DNA of 64,000 nt, from positions 1,664,001 to 1,728,000 of the forward strand of contig CAWIAD010000002.1 in assembly GCA_963833985.1 (NCBI GenBank), read 5' to 3'. Below the pieces are notes generated by a model. The model saw nothing but the letters and a program-made list of their open reading frames with translations. It did not search any database and was not told the DNA's origin. A program made the position numbers and the translations under genes. Positions 56,037 through 64,000 of the stretch are shown here, piece after piece. The stretch's first letter is position 1. Every line of letters begins with the position of its first letter. The stretch comes from an uncultured Planctomycetaceae bacterium. GTDB taxonomy: Bacteria; Planctomycetota; Planctomycetia; Isosphaerales; Isosphaeraceae.

Positions 56037-56789
56037 ATGCCCATTCATGACTGGACACGCGCGACCGCGGGAACCTGGCACGATTTCCATCTGGCCTGGA
56101 TCGCCGAGATTCGCAACGCACTGAACGGCGGCCTGCTGCCCGCCAGCTATTACGCCCAGGCCGAGCAAATTGCCGGTCCGCTGGGACCCGACGTGCTGAC
56201 CTTGCAGGCCGCCGAGCTTTCCGCCGGCGCCGCGCTGGAGGATACGCCCGGCGGGGGACTGGCCGTGGCGATGGTGCCGCCCCGAGCCAGGCTGGTCGAC
56301 GAGGTCGAGCTCAGCCAGTACGCGTGGAAACGGAGGACGCTGGTGATTCGCCATGCCAGCGGAGACCGGATCGTCGCGCTGGTGGAGTTGGTATCGCCGG
56401 GCAACAAGTCGGCGCGGTACGCGCTGGAGGCATTTGTGGAGAAGGCCGTCGAGGCCCTGGTGCGCGGCTATCACCTGTTGATCGTGGACCTGTTTCCGCC
56501 CACGGTGCGTGATCCCAACGGCATTCACGCGGCGATCTGGTCGCGGCTTGACGGCAATTCGTACACCCTGCCGCGAGAGCAGCCGTTAACCCTGGCGGCG
56601 TACTCGGCCGGCGCTGTGAAGCAGGCGTACGTGGAGGCGACGGCGGTGGGCCGGCCGTTGCTCGAGATGCCACTTTTCCTGGAGCCGGAAACGTACATCA
56701 ACGTTCCCCTGGAAGAGACCTACACCGCCGCATACCGGGGTGTACCCCAGCGCTGGAAGCGCGTGCTCGAAGCGAGCCAAACAGCATAG
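56037..56789 (+). CDS. DUF4058 family protein, copy 1
   Basis: MPIHDWTR..AG.WH.FH..W, PDVL and VELVSPGNK motifs; RBS CAGGAGG. Confidence 0.9.
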   Translation: MPIHDWTRATAGTWHDFHLAWIAEIRNALNGGLLPASYYAQAEQIAGPLGPDVLTLQAAELSAGAALEDTPGGGLAVAMVPPRARLVDEVELSQYAWKRRTLVIRHASGDRIVALVELVSPGNKSARYALEAFVEKAVEALVRGYHLLIVDLFPPTVRDPNGIHAAIWSRLDGNSYTLPREQPLTLAAYSAGAVKQAYVEATAVGRPLLEMPLFLEPETYINVPLEETYTAAYRGVPQRWKRVLEASQTA

Positions 56790-57026
56790 CATGCCCGAAG
56801 CGGAAACGGGGACATGAGCTTCGGACCTTCGAGGACGGGACTTCGACCAGGACCGTGTTATTATTAACACTGGATGAGGGACTGGCATCCGCGATTCGAC
56901 ACGCCCGGCCAGGATTCCGAGCAGCCGATTCGCGGGGACTGCACCAGCCCGAGGGCAATCGACCCGGAGAACGCATGATGGGTGTATCGAGGTTCCCCGG
57001 CGAGAGTCTTGCCAGGAGGCGCCGCC

Positions 57027-57779
57027 ATGCCCATTCATGACTGGACGCGAGTGACCGCCGGAACCTGGCATGCCTTTCATTTGAGCTGGATCGCGGAGAT
57101 TCAGCTCGCGCTCAACGGCGGCCTGCTGCCCGCCAGCTATTACGCCCAGGCCGAGCAAATTGCCGGTCCGCTGGGACCCGACGTGCTGACCTTGCAGGCC
57201 GCCGAGCTTTCCGCCGGCGCCGCGCTGGAGGATACGCCCGGCGGGGGACTGGCCGTGGCGATGGTGCCGCCCCGAGCCAGGCTGGTCGACGAGGTCGAGC
57301 TCAGCCAGTACGCGTGGAAACGGAGGACGCTGGTGATCCGCCATGCCAGCGGAGACCGGATCGTCGCGCTGGTGGAGTTGGTATCGCCGGGCAACAAGTC
57401 GGCGCGGTACGCGCTGGAGGCATTTGTGGAGAAGGCCGTCGAGGCCCTGGTGCGCGGCTATCACCTGTTGATCGTGGACCTGTTTCCGCCCACGGTGCGT
57501 GATCCCAACGGCATTCACGCGGCGATCTGGTCGCGGCTTGACGGCAATTCGTACACCCTGCCGCGAGAGCAGCCGTTAACCCTGGCGGCGTACTCGGCCG
57601 GCGCTGTGAAGCAGGCGTACGTGGAGGCGACGGCGGTGGGCCGGCCGTTGCTCGAGATGCCACTTTTCCTGGAGCCGGAAACGTACATCAACGTTCCCCT
57701 GGAAGAGACCTACACCGCCGCATACCGGGGTGTACCCCAGCGCTGGAAGCGCGTGCTCGAAGCGAGCCAAACATCGTAG
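57027..57779 (+). CDS. DUF4058 family protein, copy 2
   Basis: Same protein as copy 1, differing only in the first ~30 residues and the last residue. Confidence 0.9.
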   Translation: MPIHDWTRVTAGTWHAFHLSWIAEIQLALNGGLLPASYYAQAEQIAGPLGPDVLTLQAAELSAGAALEDTPGGGLAVAMVPPRARLVDEVELSQYAWKRRTLVIRHASGDRIVALVELVSPGNKSARYALEAFVEKAVEALVRGYHLLIVDLFPPTVRDPNGIHAAIWSRLDGNSYTLPREQPLTLAAYSAGAVKQAYVEATAVGRPLLEMPLFLEPETYINVPLEETYTAAYRGVPQRWKRVLEASQTS

Positions 57780-57951
57780 CATGCCCGAAGCGGCGTGCTC
57801 TCATACGACGGGCGGATACTTTGCACCTTTCATCGGGCTGGCGACGTATTCAAGGATATCGGGTCATCGGAAAACCAGGCTCTCCGGGACCGCCGACGGC
57901 GATCACGGTACCTGTTTCCTTTCCCAGAAAACGCAATACGGGAGCAAGTCA

Positions 57952-58845
57952 ATGAACAATCGTGTCACTCGGCTCACCCGGGGTTCCTTCTCGAAGGCTC
58001 TGCTCGCCCTTGGCCTGGCAGCGTGGGTCTTCTCAGGTTCGTCTGCGTTTGCTCATGGTGGAGGCGGTGGCGGAGGCGGCCATGGAGGCGGTGGCATGGG
58101 CGGTGGCCACATGGGCGGGGGCATGGGCGGCGGGCACATGGGCGGGGGCTGGGGCGGTGGGCACATGGGCGGGGGCTGGGGCGGTGGGGGCATGGGATAC
58201 CACCATCCTGGCGGGGGTTACTATGGAGGGTACGGAGGAGGCGGCGGCGCGTACTTTTACCCCGGCTTCCTCGGCGGCATCGGGCTCGGCGGCCTGTACG
58301 GCCTTGGATACGGCTACGGTTTTGGTTACGGACCAGGCTACGGACTCGGTTCCTTCGGCTACGGAAACGGCTACGGCTCCGGCGGCTATTACCCGTCCAG
58401 CTACTACCCGTACTCGTGGAACTACGGCTACGGAAATGGCTATAACCCCTACTCGTACACGACAAGCTATCCTGTAGGAAGTTACGCGCCGGGCTACATT
58501 TACCCGACCCAGAGCGCACCGTCGGGCGTGGTCGGCGTGCAGTCCACAGTACCCGTGACGCTCACGGCCGTTCCGCAGGGCAAGCTGCTGGGGATCGATG
58601 AGGTCGCCGTGAAGGACTCTGAAGGCCAGGGCATGCGGGTGGATAAGGTTTATCCCGGGTCCGCGGCGGAACAGGCTGGGCTGAAGGTTGGCGACGTGAT
58701 CCACCAGGCCAATGGTTACTTGACCCAGGTTCATGGCAATCTGACGTGGATCATCAACCATCACGCAGGCAACGGCGTGCTGAACCTGAGCGTTCACCGG
58801 GCCGCAAGCAACCGTGACACCGTCGTCGTGGCCAAGCTACGGTGA
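57952..58845 (+). CDS. Secreted Gly/Tyr-rich protein with a C-terminal PDZ domain
   Basis: Signal peptide; GGHMGGG repeats; LGI...V..VYPGSAAEQAGLKVGDVI. Confidence 0.85.
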   Translation: MNNRVTRLTRGSFSKALLALGLAAWVFSGSSAFAHGGGGGGGGHGGGGMGGGHMGGGMGGGHMGGGWGGGHMGGGWGGGGMGYHHPGGGYYGGYGGGGGAYFYPGFLGGIGLGGLYGLGYGYGFGYGPGYGLGSFGYGNGYGSGGYYPSSYYPYSWNYGYGNGYNPYSYTTSYPVGSYAPGYIYPTQSAPSGVVGVQSTVPVTLTAVPQGKLLGIDEVAVKDSEGQGMRVDKVYPGSAAEQAGLKVGDVIHQANGYLTQVHGNLTWIINHHAGNGVLNLSVHRAASNRDTVVVAKLR

Positions 58846-59334
58846 CGCGGCAGCAGCCTCTGGCCCTCGGACCAGCGGGACTGGCCCGGGGGCTTTGAGG
58901 TTGCCGCGGATCGCCAGCGTGATGGGCCGCTCGCGCTGGGCTGGAATTCGCAGGTGAGGCGCGATCCGGGCGAGCGTCGCGGGACCCAGTCCGCGGACAC
59001 GCCGGCGGAGATCCGCAATCGATTCGAACGGCCGGACGCGCCGTTGCTCAACCGCCTGCTTCACCAGGCTTGGCCCGACGTGCGGCAAGGCCTCCAGCAC
59101 CTGCGGGGGTACCGTGTTCGGGTCGACAACCAGGATGGGAATGACCCGCCATGCCCGGCGCGAGGAGGGCGCGGGGCTCGCGAACCGCAGCGACACTCCA
59201 GCAAGTAGCAGCAGGACCGCGAGAAGCACCCGAGACCGCGCCGGAAAGGGCCAGGAGATGACCGTCCGCCGGGAAGCCGCTTCTTCCTCGCAGTTTCTGG
59301 ATGCGCTGGACATCCGTTCCATAAACCTTGTCAA
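58837..59334 (-). CDS. ComEA-like helix-hairpin-helix DNA-binding membrane protein (start uncertain)
   Basis: TM helix, then VDPN....LEALPHVGP and F.SI.DL.RRVRGLGP. Confidence 0.78.
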   Translation of the reverse strand: MTRFMERMSSASRNCEEEAASRRTVISWPFPARSRVLLAVLLLLAGVSLRFASPAPSSRRAWRVIPILVVDPNTVPPQVLEALPHVGPSLVKQAVEQRRVRPFESIADLRRRVRGLGPATLARIAPHLRIPAQRERPITLAIRGNLKAPGPVPLVRGPEAAAASP

Positions 59335-59499
59335 ATAAACGGTTTAGCGAGGCAGTCACGCTCATCAGCCTACATCGCCGGGGATGCAGGTTCAAGCGGA
59401 GAGCACGCTGATCATGCGAGGAGTCAATCCTCGTGGAGCCATGCAGCCTGGACCGATTGTCGATCTCGGTTCCCATTGGTGGTCCGGGCGGGAGAAAGG

Positions 59500-59850
59500 T
59501 TATTCGGACCTGCTCCGCCGTCCAGGTGGTTTGCCGCCAGCGCGGATGGCCTCCTCGAGCAGGAATGTCCAGTAAGCGGGCTGGGACCGTGCCATCCGCC
59601 ACTCTTGCTGGATTGCCGTGCAGACCCCACGCGCAGGGCCTGCGGGTTCCTCTCGCTCGGTGATGATTGCCAGGAGTGCGGCGTCCATGGCGTCGGGCTC
59701 CGGGTCCAGAGCGATCAGGCGGTTGAGGATGTGCTGTCGCAGGGATTCGCCGGCCAGGTCCGCTTGCTGGTCCCGTGCACGTGCGCGAGGAGGTGCTCCG
59801 CTGGAAGCCAGCAGCACGCACGCGAAGTCGCCGGGGCGAAGTTCCTGCAT
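59500..59850 (-). CDS. Hypothetical protein
   Basis: 116-aa helical-looking ORF (PPR.RARDQQAD.AG) with plausible codon use. Confidence 0.6.
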   Translation of the reverse strand: MQELRPGDFACVLLASSGAPPRARARDQQADLAGESLRQHILNRLIALDPEPDAMDAALLAIITEREEPAGPARGVCTAIQQEWRMARSQPAYWTFLLEEAIRAGGKPPGRRSRSE

Positions 59851-59973
59851 GGGAGTCGTTCGGAGGCCGCCCGCAATCGCGGGATCTCAAGTCCTGCCCG
59901 CGAGCGTACAATACAGAAGGGTGCCGTGACCAGGGCCAGGGCCGTGCCGTCCCCTTCAGGAGTACTCAAGTCC

Positions 59974-62900
59974 ATGGCGACCGTATCGGACTCGAGCGTT
60001 GCGCGCTCGGGTGCAACGCCCCACGCGGGGGCGATCGATGCCGACGTGCTGGAGCGGAAAACCCGTGAGATCGGCCGTGAACTCCTGGAACGCATGGGCC
60101 GCGGTCCCGCGTTCTGGCAAAGGGGATGGTGGGACGATCGATTGATGACCTGGACGCTCGATGATCCGGACGTCCGGGTTCAGCTCTTCCGTTTCATCGA
60201 CGCCCTGCCCGCGCTGCGGTCGGCCGGGTCGGTACGCAGGCACCTGGCCGAATACCTCGACGAGGCGGGCTCGAACGTGCCCTGGTGGCTGGGGCAGGCG
60301 GTCGCGCTGGCGCCCCCAGGAACCGATCGCGAAACGCTCATGGCCTGGACGGCCCGTTTGGCGGCCGGCCTGATGGCCCGCAAGTTCATTGCGGGGGCCA
60401 CGCCGGACGAGGCCACGAAGACGGTCCTGAACCTGCGAGCCCGCTCGCTCGGGTTCACGGCCGACCTGCTCGGCGAGGCGGTCATCAGCGAGGCCGAGGC
60501 AGACGCCTACCAGCAAACCTGCCTGGAGCTGATCCGCGGGCTGGCCGGACCACTCCACACCGCCCCCGAGGTGCCGCTCATCGACCGCGACCAGCGCGGG
60601 CCGATCCGCGCGTGAACCTCTCTCTCAAGCTGTCGAGCCTGACCACCCACTTTGACCCGATTCATACGGAAACGACCCTGGCCAGCGTGGCCGGACGGCT
60701 GCGGCCCATTCTGCGCACTGCGCGAGAGCTGGGCGGGTACGTCCACGTGGACATGGAACAGTATTCCACTCGCTCGCTCACCTACGAGATCTTCCAGCGG
60801 GTCCTGGCCGAACCGGAGTTTCGCGACTGGCCCGATGTCGGCATTGTGGTGCAAGCCTACCAGCCCGAGGCCGAGGACGAGCTGGGCATCCTTCTGGAAT
60901 GGGTGCGGACGCGGGGCACCCCGATCACCATCCGGCTGGTCAAGGGGGCCTACTGGGATTACGAGGTCCTGACCGCCCGGCGAACCGGCTGGCCCGAGCC
61001 GGTGTTTCTGCAAAAGTGGCAGAGCGACGCCATGTACGAGCGCTGTTCGAGGTTCCTGATCGCAAATCACGAACGGCTTCGCCCCGCGTTTGGCAGCCAC
61101 AATGTACGCAGCCTGGCCCATGCCATTGCGGCCGCGGAGCTGGCCGGGATCGACCGGTCCGGCATCGAGCTTCAGACCCTGCACGGCATGGGCGACGTGA
61201 TCCAGTCCGCACTGGTCGCGCGCGGGCACCGGGTCCGCGTTTACACGCCTTATGGTGCCATGCTCCCGGGGATGGCGTACCTGGTACGCCGGCTCCTGGA
61301 AAACACGTCGAATGAGTCGTTCTTGAAGGCCACTACCGCCGACCGCGCAGGTGGACGCGCTGCTGCGCAATCCTCAGGAGCTTGGGACGATGCCGACCCG
61401 GACGCGACGAACCATGGTCGAGAAACCCGACGGCGTGCAAGGACCCGGCCCGTTCCGCAACGAGCCGGTGACCGATTTCGCACGGGCCGAGAGCCGCCAG
61501 GCCATGGCCAGCGCCATCACGGCGGTCTGGCAGCAACTGGGCCAGAGCTATCCGCTGCTGATCGGCGGCCGGGAAATCGGCGAAGACGTCGCTCGGCTTG
61601 ATGCATACGATCCGAGCCATCGCTCACGGATCGTCAGCCGGACCGCGGCCGCGACGGCCGGGCATGCCCGCGAGGCCATCGCCGTGTCGCGTTCCGCGTT
61701 TCCGTCGTGGGCAGGCACGCCGGCGCGCGTGCGTGCGGCTGTGCTCCTCAAGGCTGCCGAGATCCTCCGCCGGCGCCGCTTCGAGCTGGCCGCCTGGGAG
61801 ATCTTTGAATGTGCCAAGCCCTGGCGTGAGGCCGACGCCGACGTGGCCGAGGCGATCGACTTCTGTGAATTCTATGCTCGCGAGATGATCCGCCTGGACG
61901 TGCCCAGGCGGCGCGACGTTCCCGGTGAAACCAACGCCAGCGAACACTTGCCGCGCGGAGTCGCCGTGGTGATCCCCCCGTGGAACTTCCCGCTGGCCAT
62001 TCCCTGCGGCATGACCGTCGCGGCGCTGGTGGCCGGCAACACGGTGGTGCTGAAACCGGCCGAGCAAGCGCCCGTGATGTGCTGGCACCTGGTGCAAATT
62101 CTCCACGAGGCCGGAGTTCCGCCCGCCGCCCTGAATTACCTGCCGGGGCGGGGCGAAGAGTCCGGCCAGGCGCTGGTGAACGATCCCGGCGTGGACCTGG
62201 TCGCCTTCACCGGCTCCCGCGAGGTGGGTTTGCTGATCAATCGCCAGGCTGCCGAGACGCAGCACGGGCAGGACCACGTGAAGCGCGTGATCGCCGAGAT
62301 GGGGGGAAAGAACGCGATCATCGTCGATGACGATGCCGACCTGGACGAGGCAGTCGTGGGCGTGGTGCAAAGCGCGTTCGGCTATTCCGGTCAAAAATGC
62401 TCGGCGTGCTCGCGGGTGATCGTGCTGGAAGGCATTCACGACGCCTTCCTGGCGCGGCTGGTCGAGGCGGCCCGGTCCATCACCATCGGCCCGGCGGACG
62501 ACCCCGAGACGATCGTCGGCCCGGTCATCGACGCCGAGGCACGCAGGCGGATCGACGAATATCGCCGCCTCGCCGCCCAGGAGGGCCGGGTGGTGCTTGA
62601 CCTTCCGGTGGGCGCACTCGGAGACGTGGGAACCTATGTGGGCCCACTCATCGTGGCCGACGTCGCACCCTCCGCGCGGATCGCCCAGGAAGAGATCTTC
62701 GGTCCCGTGCTGGCCGTTCTGAAGGCGAGCGATCTGACCGCAGCCCTGGAGATTGCCAATGGAACAGAATACGCCCTCACGGGCGGTCTCTACTCGCGCA
62801 GCCCGGTGAACATTGACCGCGTGAAACGCGAGTTCCGGGTCGGGAACCTGTACATCAACCGGGGAATCACGGGTGCAGCCGTTGATCGGCACCCGTTTGG

Positions 62901-63057
62901 CGGTTTCAAGCTCTCGGGCATCGGCACCAAGGCGGGCGGCTCGGACTATCTGCTCGAGTTCCTGCTCAGCCGCAGCATCACCGAGAACACGATGCGGCGC
63001 GGTTTCGCGCCCGAGGACCTGAGCGCGGCCGCCACCGCGGCTGCCGGTGGTGCGTGA
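59974..63057 (+). CDS. putA: Bifunctional proline dehydrogenase / P5C dehydrogenase; frameshifts near 60610 and 61345
   Basis: LFRFIDALP, DLLGE, VDMEQ, RLVKGAYWD and YLVRRLLENTSN; ALDH motifs PWNFP, EMGGKN, GQKCSA and EEIFGP. Confidence 0.95.
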
Positions 63058-63093
63058 TCCCGGACCGGCGCGGCCGGCCGGAGCTCGATTTCG

Positions 63094-63609
63094 TCACCCG
63101 GCCCTGCGCCGGGGATGCCGATGTCCCGGCTGATCGGGACTCGTGGCGACCGGCCGTGCGAAATCCGCGACCACGGGCTCTTCCAGCCGTGCGAACTCGG
63201 GATAGGCCATCTCGATGCCCAGGTGCCGCATGTTCGTGGGAAAGAGAACCTCCGCCGCATCGCTGAGACGACAATCCACGAGCGTGCGGAGCTGGTAGAG
63301 CCGGCCGAAGGGCGGGATCGCGCCCGGCTCGCAGTCGTGGAAGATGCTGTCAATCTCGGCCTCACTGGCCAGCTTCAGCTCCCGCGGTTCGAACCCGAGA
63401 GCCTGGCCAAGCCGCGCCAGATCCACCTGCGACGTTGCCGGCAGGACCGCCAGCAAGTGCTCTCCTTTTGCCGAGACGAGCACCGTCTTGGCCACACGTC
63501 GACCCGGGATATGCAGGCTGGCGGCAAGCCGCGCCGCCGAGGATGACGGCCGGTGCAGGCGGGCCTGGAAGCGGGCGGAGCGGCTGCGCAGGTAGTCCAG
63601 GACATACAT
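63094..63609 (-). CDS. YbaK/ProX-family aminoacyl-tRNA deacylase
   Basis: VAKTVL, LAVLPA and DCEPGAIPPFG motifs. Confidence 0.85.
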   Translation of the reverse strand: MYVLDYLRSRSARFQARLHRPSSSAARLAASLHIPGRRVAKTVLVSAKGEHLLAVLPATSQVDLARLGQALGFEPRELKLASEAEIDSIFHDCEPGAIPPFGRLYQLRTLVDCRLSDAAEVLFPTNMRHLGIEMAYPEFARLEEPVVADFARPVATSPDQPGHRHPRRRAG

Positions 63610-63852
63610 GAGGTGTCGCCTCCAAGGGATGGGTTCCTGGATGAAGTATAGTTCACCCCGGTAAACCTGGAGGCTTGTGCCGATGATTCACCTCGCCGCG
63701 CATTCCGTGTAACTGAAATGGTTGAAAGAATCGGTTGCAAAGCGGTCGGGTCTCGACAAATGATCACGGCTCCGTGTGCCAGGGCCGCGGTTCGAATGGG
63801 TCATTGTGAGTTTCGGCTCTGGCAGGACGAGGTCTCTGAACCGGGAGGCCAG

Positions 63853-64000
63853 TCAAAACGTCCTGGGCTCGGCGGTCTTGATCCAGGGCGCAGCACCTCG
63901 GCCACACTCCACGCTTGCGCGATGCAGCCGCGTGGCGTGAACGGGCTCTCGGCGTCGAATATCTCGCTGATCGTGCCCAGTCCCGCCTCGTCGAGATGCC
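63853..64000 (-). CDS. C-terminus of an amylo-alpha-1,6-glucosidase / glycogen debranching enzyme (partial)
   Basis: Minus strand reads [37 protein letters not shown]. Confidence 0.85.
   Translation of the reverse strand, partial: ASRRGGTGHDQRDIRRREPVHATRLHRASVECGRGAAPWIKTAEPRTF

Larger units (their letters stand above)
55814..57793 (+). repeat. Tandem duplication with a ~990-bp unit (uvrB 5' stub/promoter + DUF4058)
   Basis: GAAACGGGGACAT...TAGCATGCCCGAAGCG occurs twice; ATGs at 56037 and 57027. Confidence 0.9.

Noticed and set aside
56037..57779. DGR-like diversification between the DUF4058 copies
   Set aside because: Differences involve all bases, many are synonymous, they extend into the promoter, and there is no RT gene.
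60600..61360. Programmed frameshifting or a naturally split putA
   Set aside because: No slippery motif is evident, and similar breaks occur throughout the window.
59974..63609. Functional link between putA and the YbaK/ProX deacylase (both proline related)
   Set aside because: The genes are convergent and nothing suggests co-regulation; likely coincidence.

Overview
GC-rich bacterial DNA whose gene content points to a Planctomycete, probably Isosphaeraceae-like (inference from DUF4058 paralogues, a TPR/FG-GAP protein, a membrane sulfatase, HEAT repeats, MoxR and many Tat substrates). There are about 40 CDSs, covering peptidases, glycoside hydrolases, a Mo-hydroxylase pair, a ketone-body/3-hydroxybutyrate cluster, birA, nadC, uvrB and putA. 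No rRNA, tRNA or CRISPR array was recognised. Roughly 20 genes are broken by small frameshifts, most likely long-read indel errors. The most striking structure involves two near-identical IS4-family (IS50/Tn5-like) elements in inverted orientation (1975-3556 and 21091-22671). Each sits at the apex of a REP-like palindrome inside a ~135-bp non-autonomous element (MITE) with CAATACCGTTGAAATAG ends. The MITE halves and their 10-11-bp target duplications are reciprocally swapped between the two loci, which records a ~17.4-kb inversion (3627-21023). That inversion separated a HEAT-sulfatase unit from a TPR/FG-GAP gene. Other notable items are a mosaic 990-bp tandem duplication of uvrB-promoter plus DUF4058, in-frame REP-carrying repeats in a hypothetical gene, a candidate structured leader RNA upstream of an atypical Tat-AKR/tetraheme cytochrome pair, and an S9 peptidase fused to two zincin-like domains.
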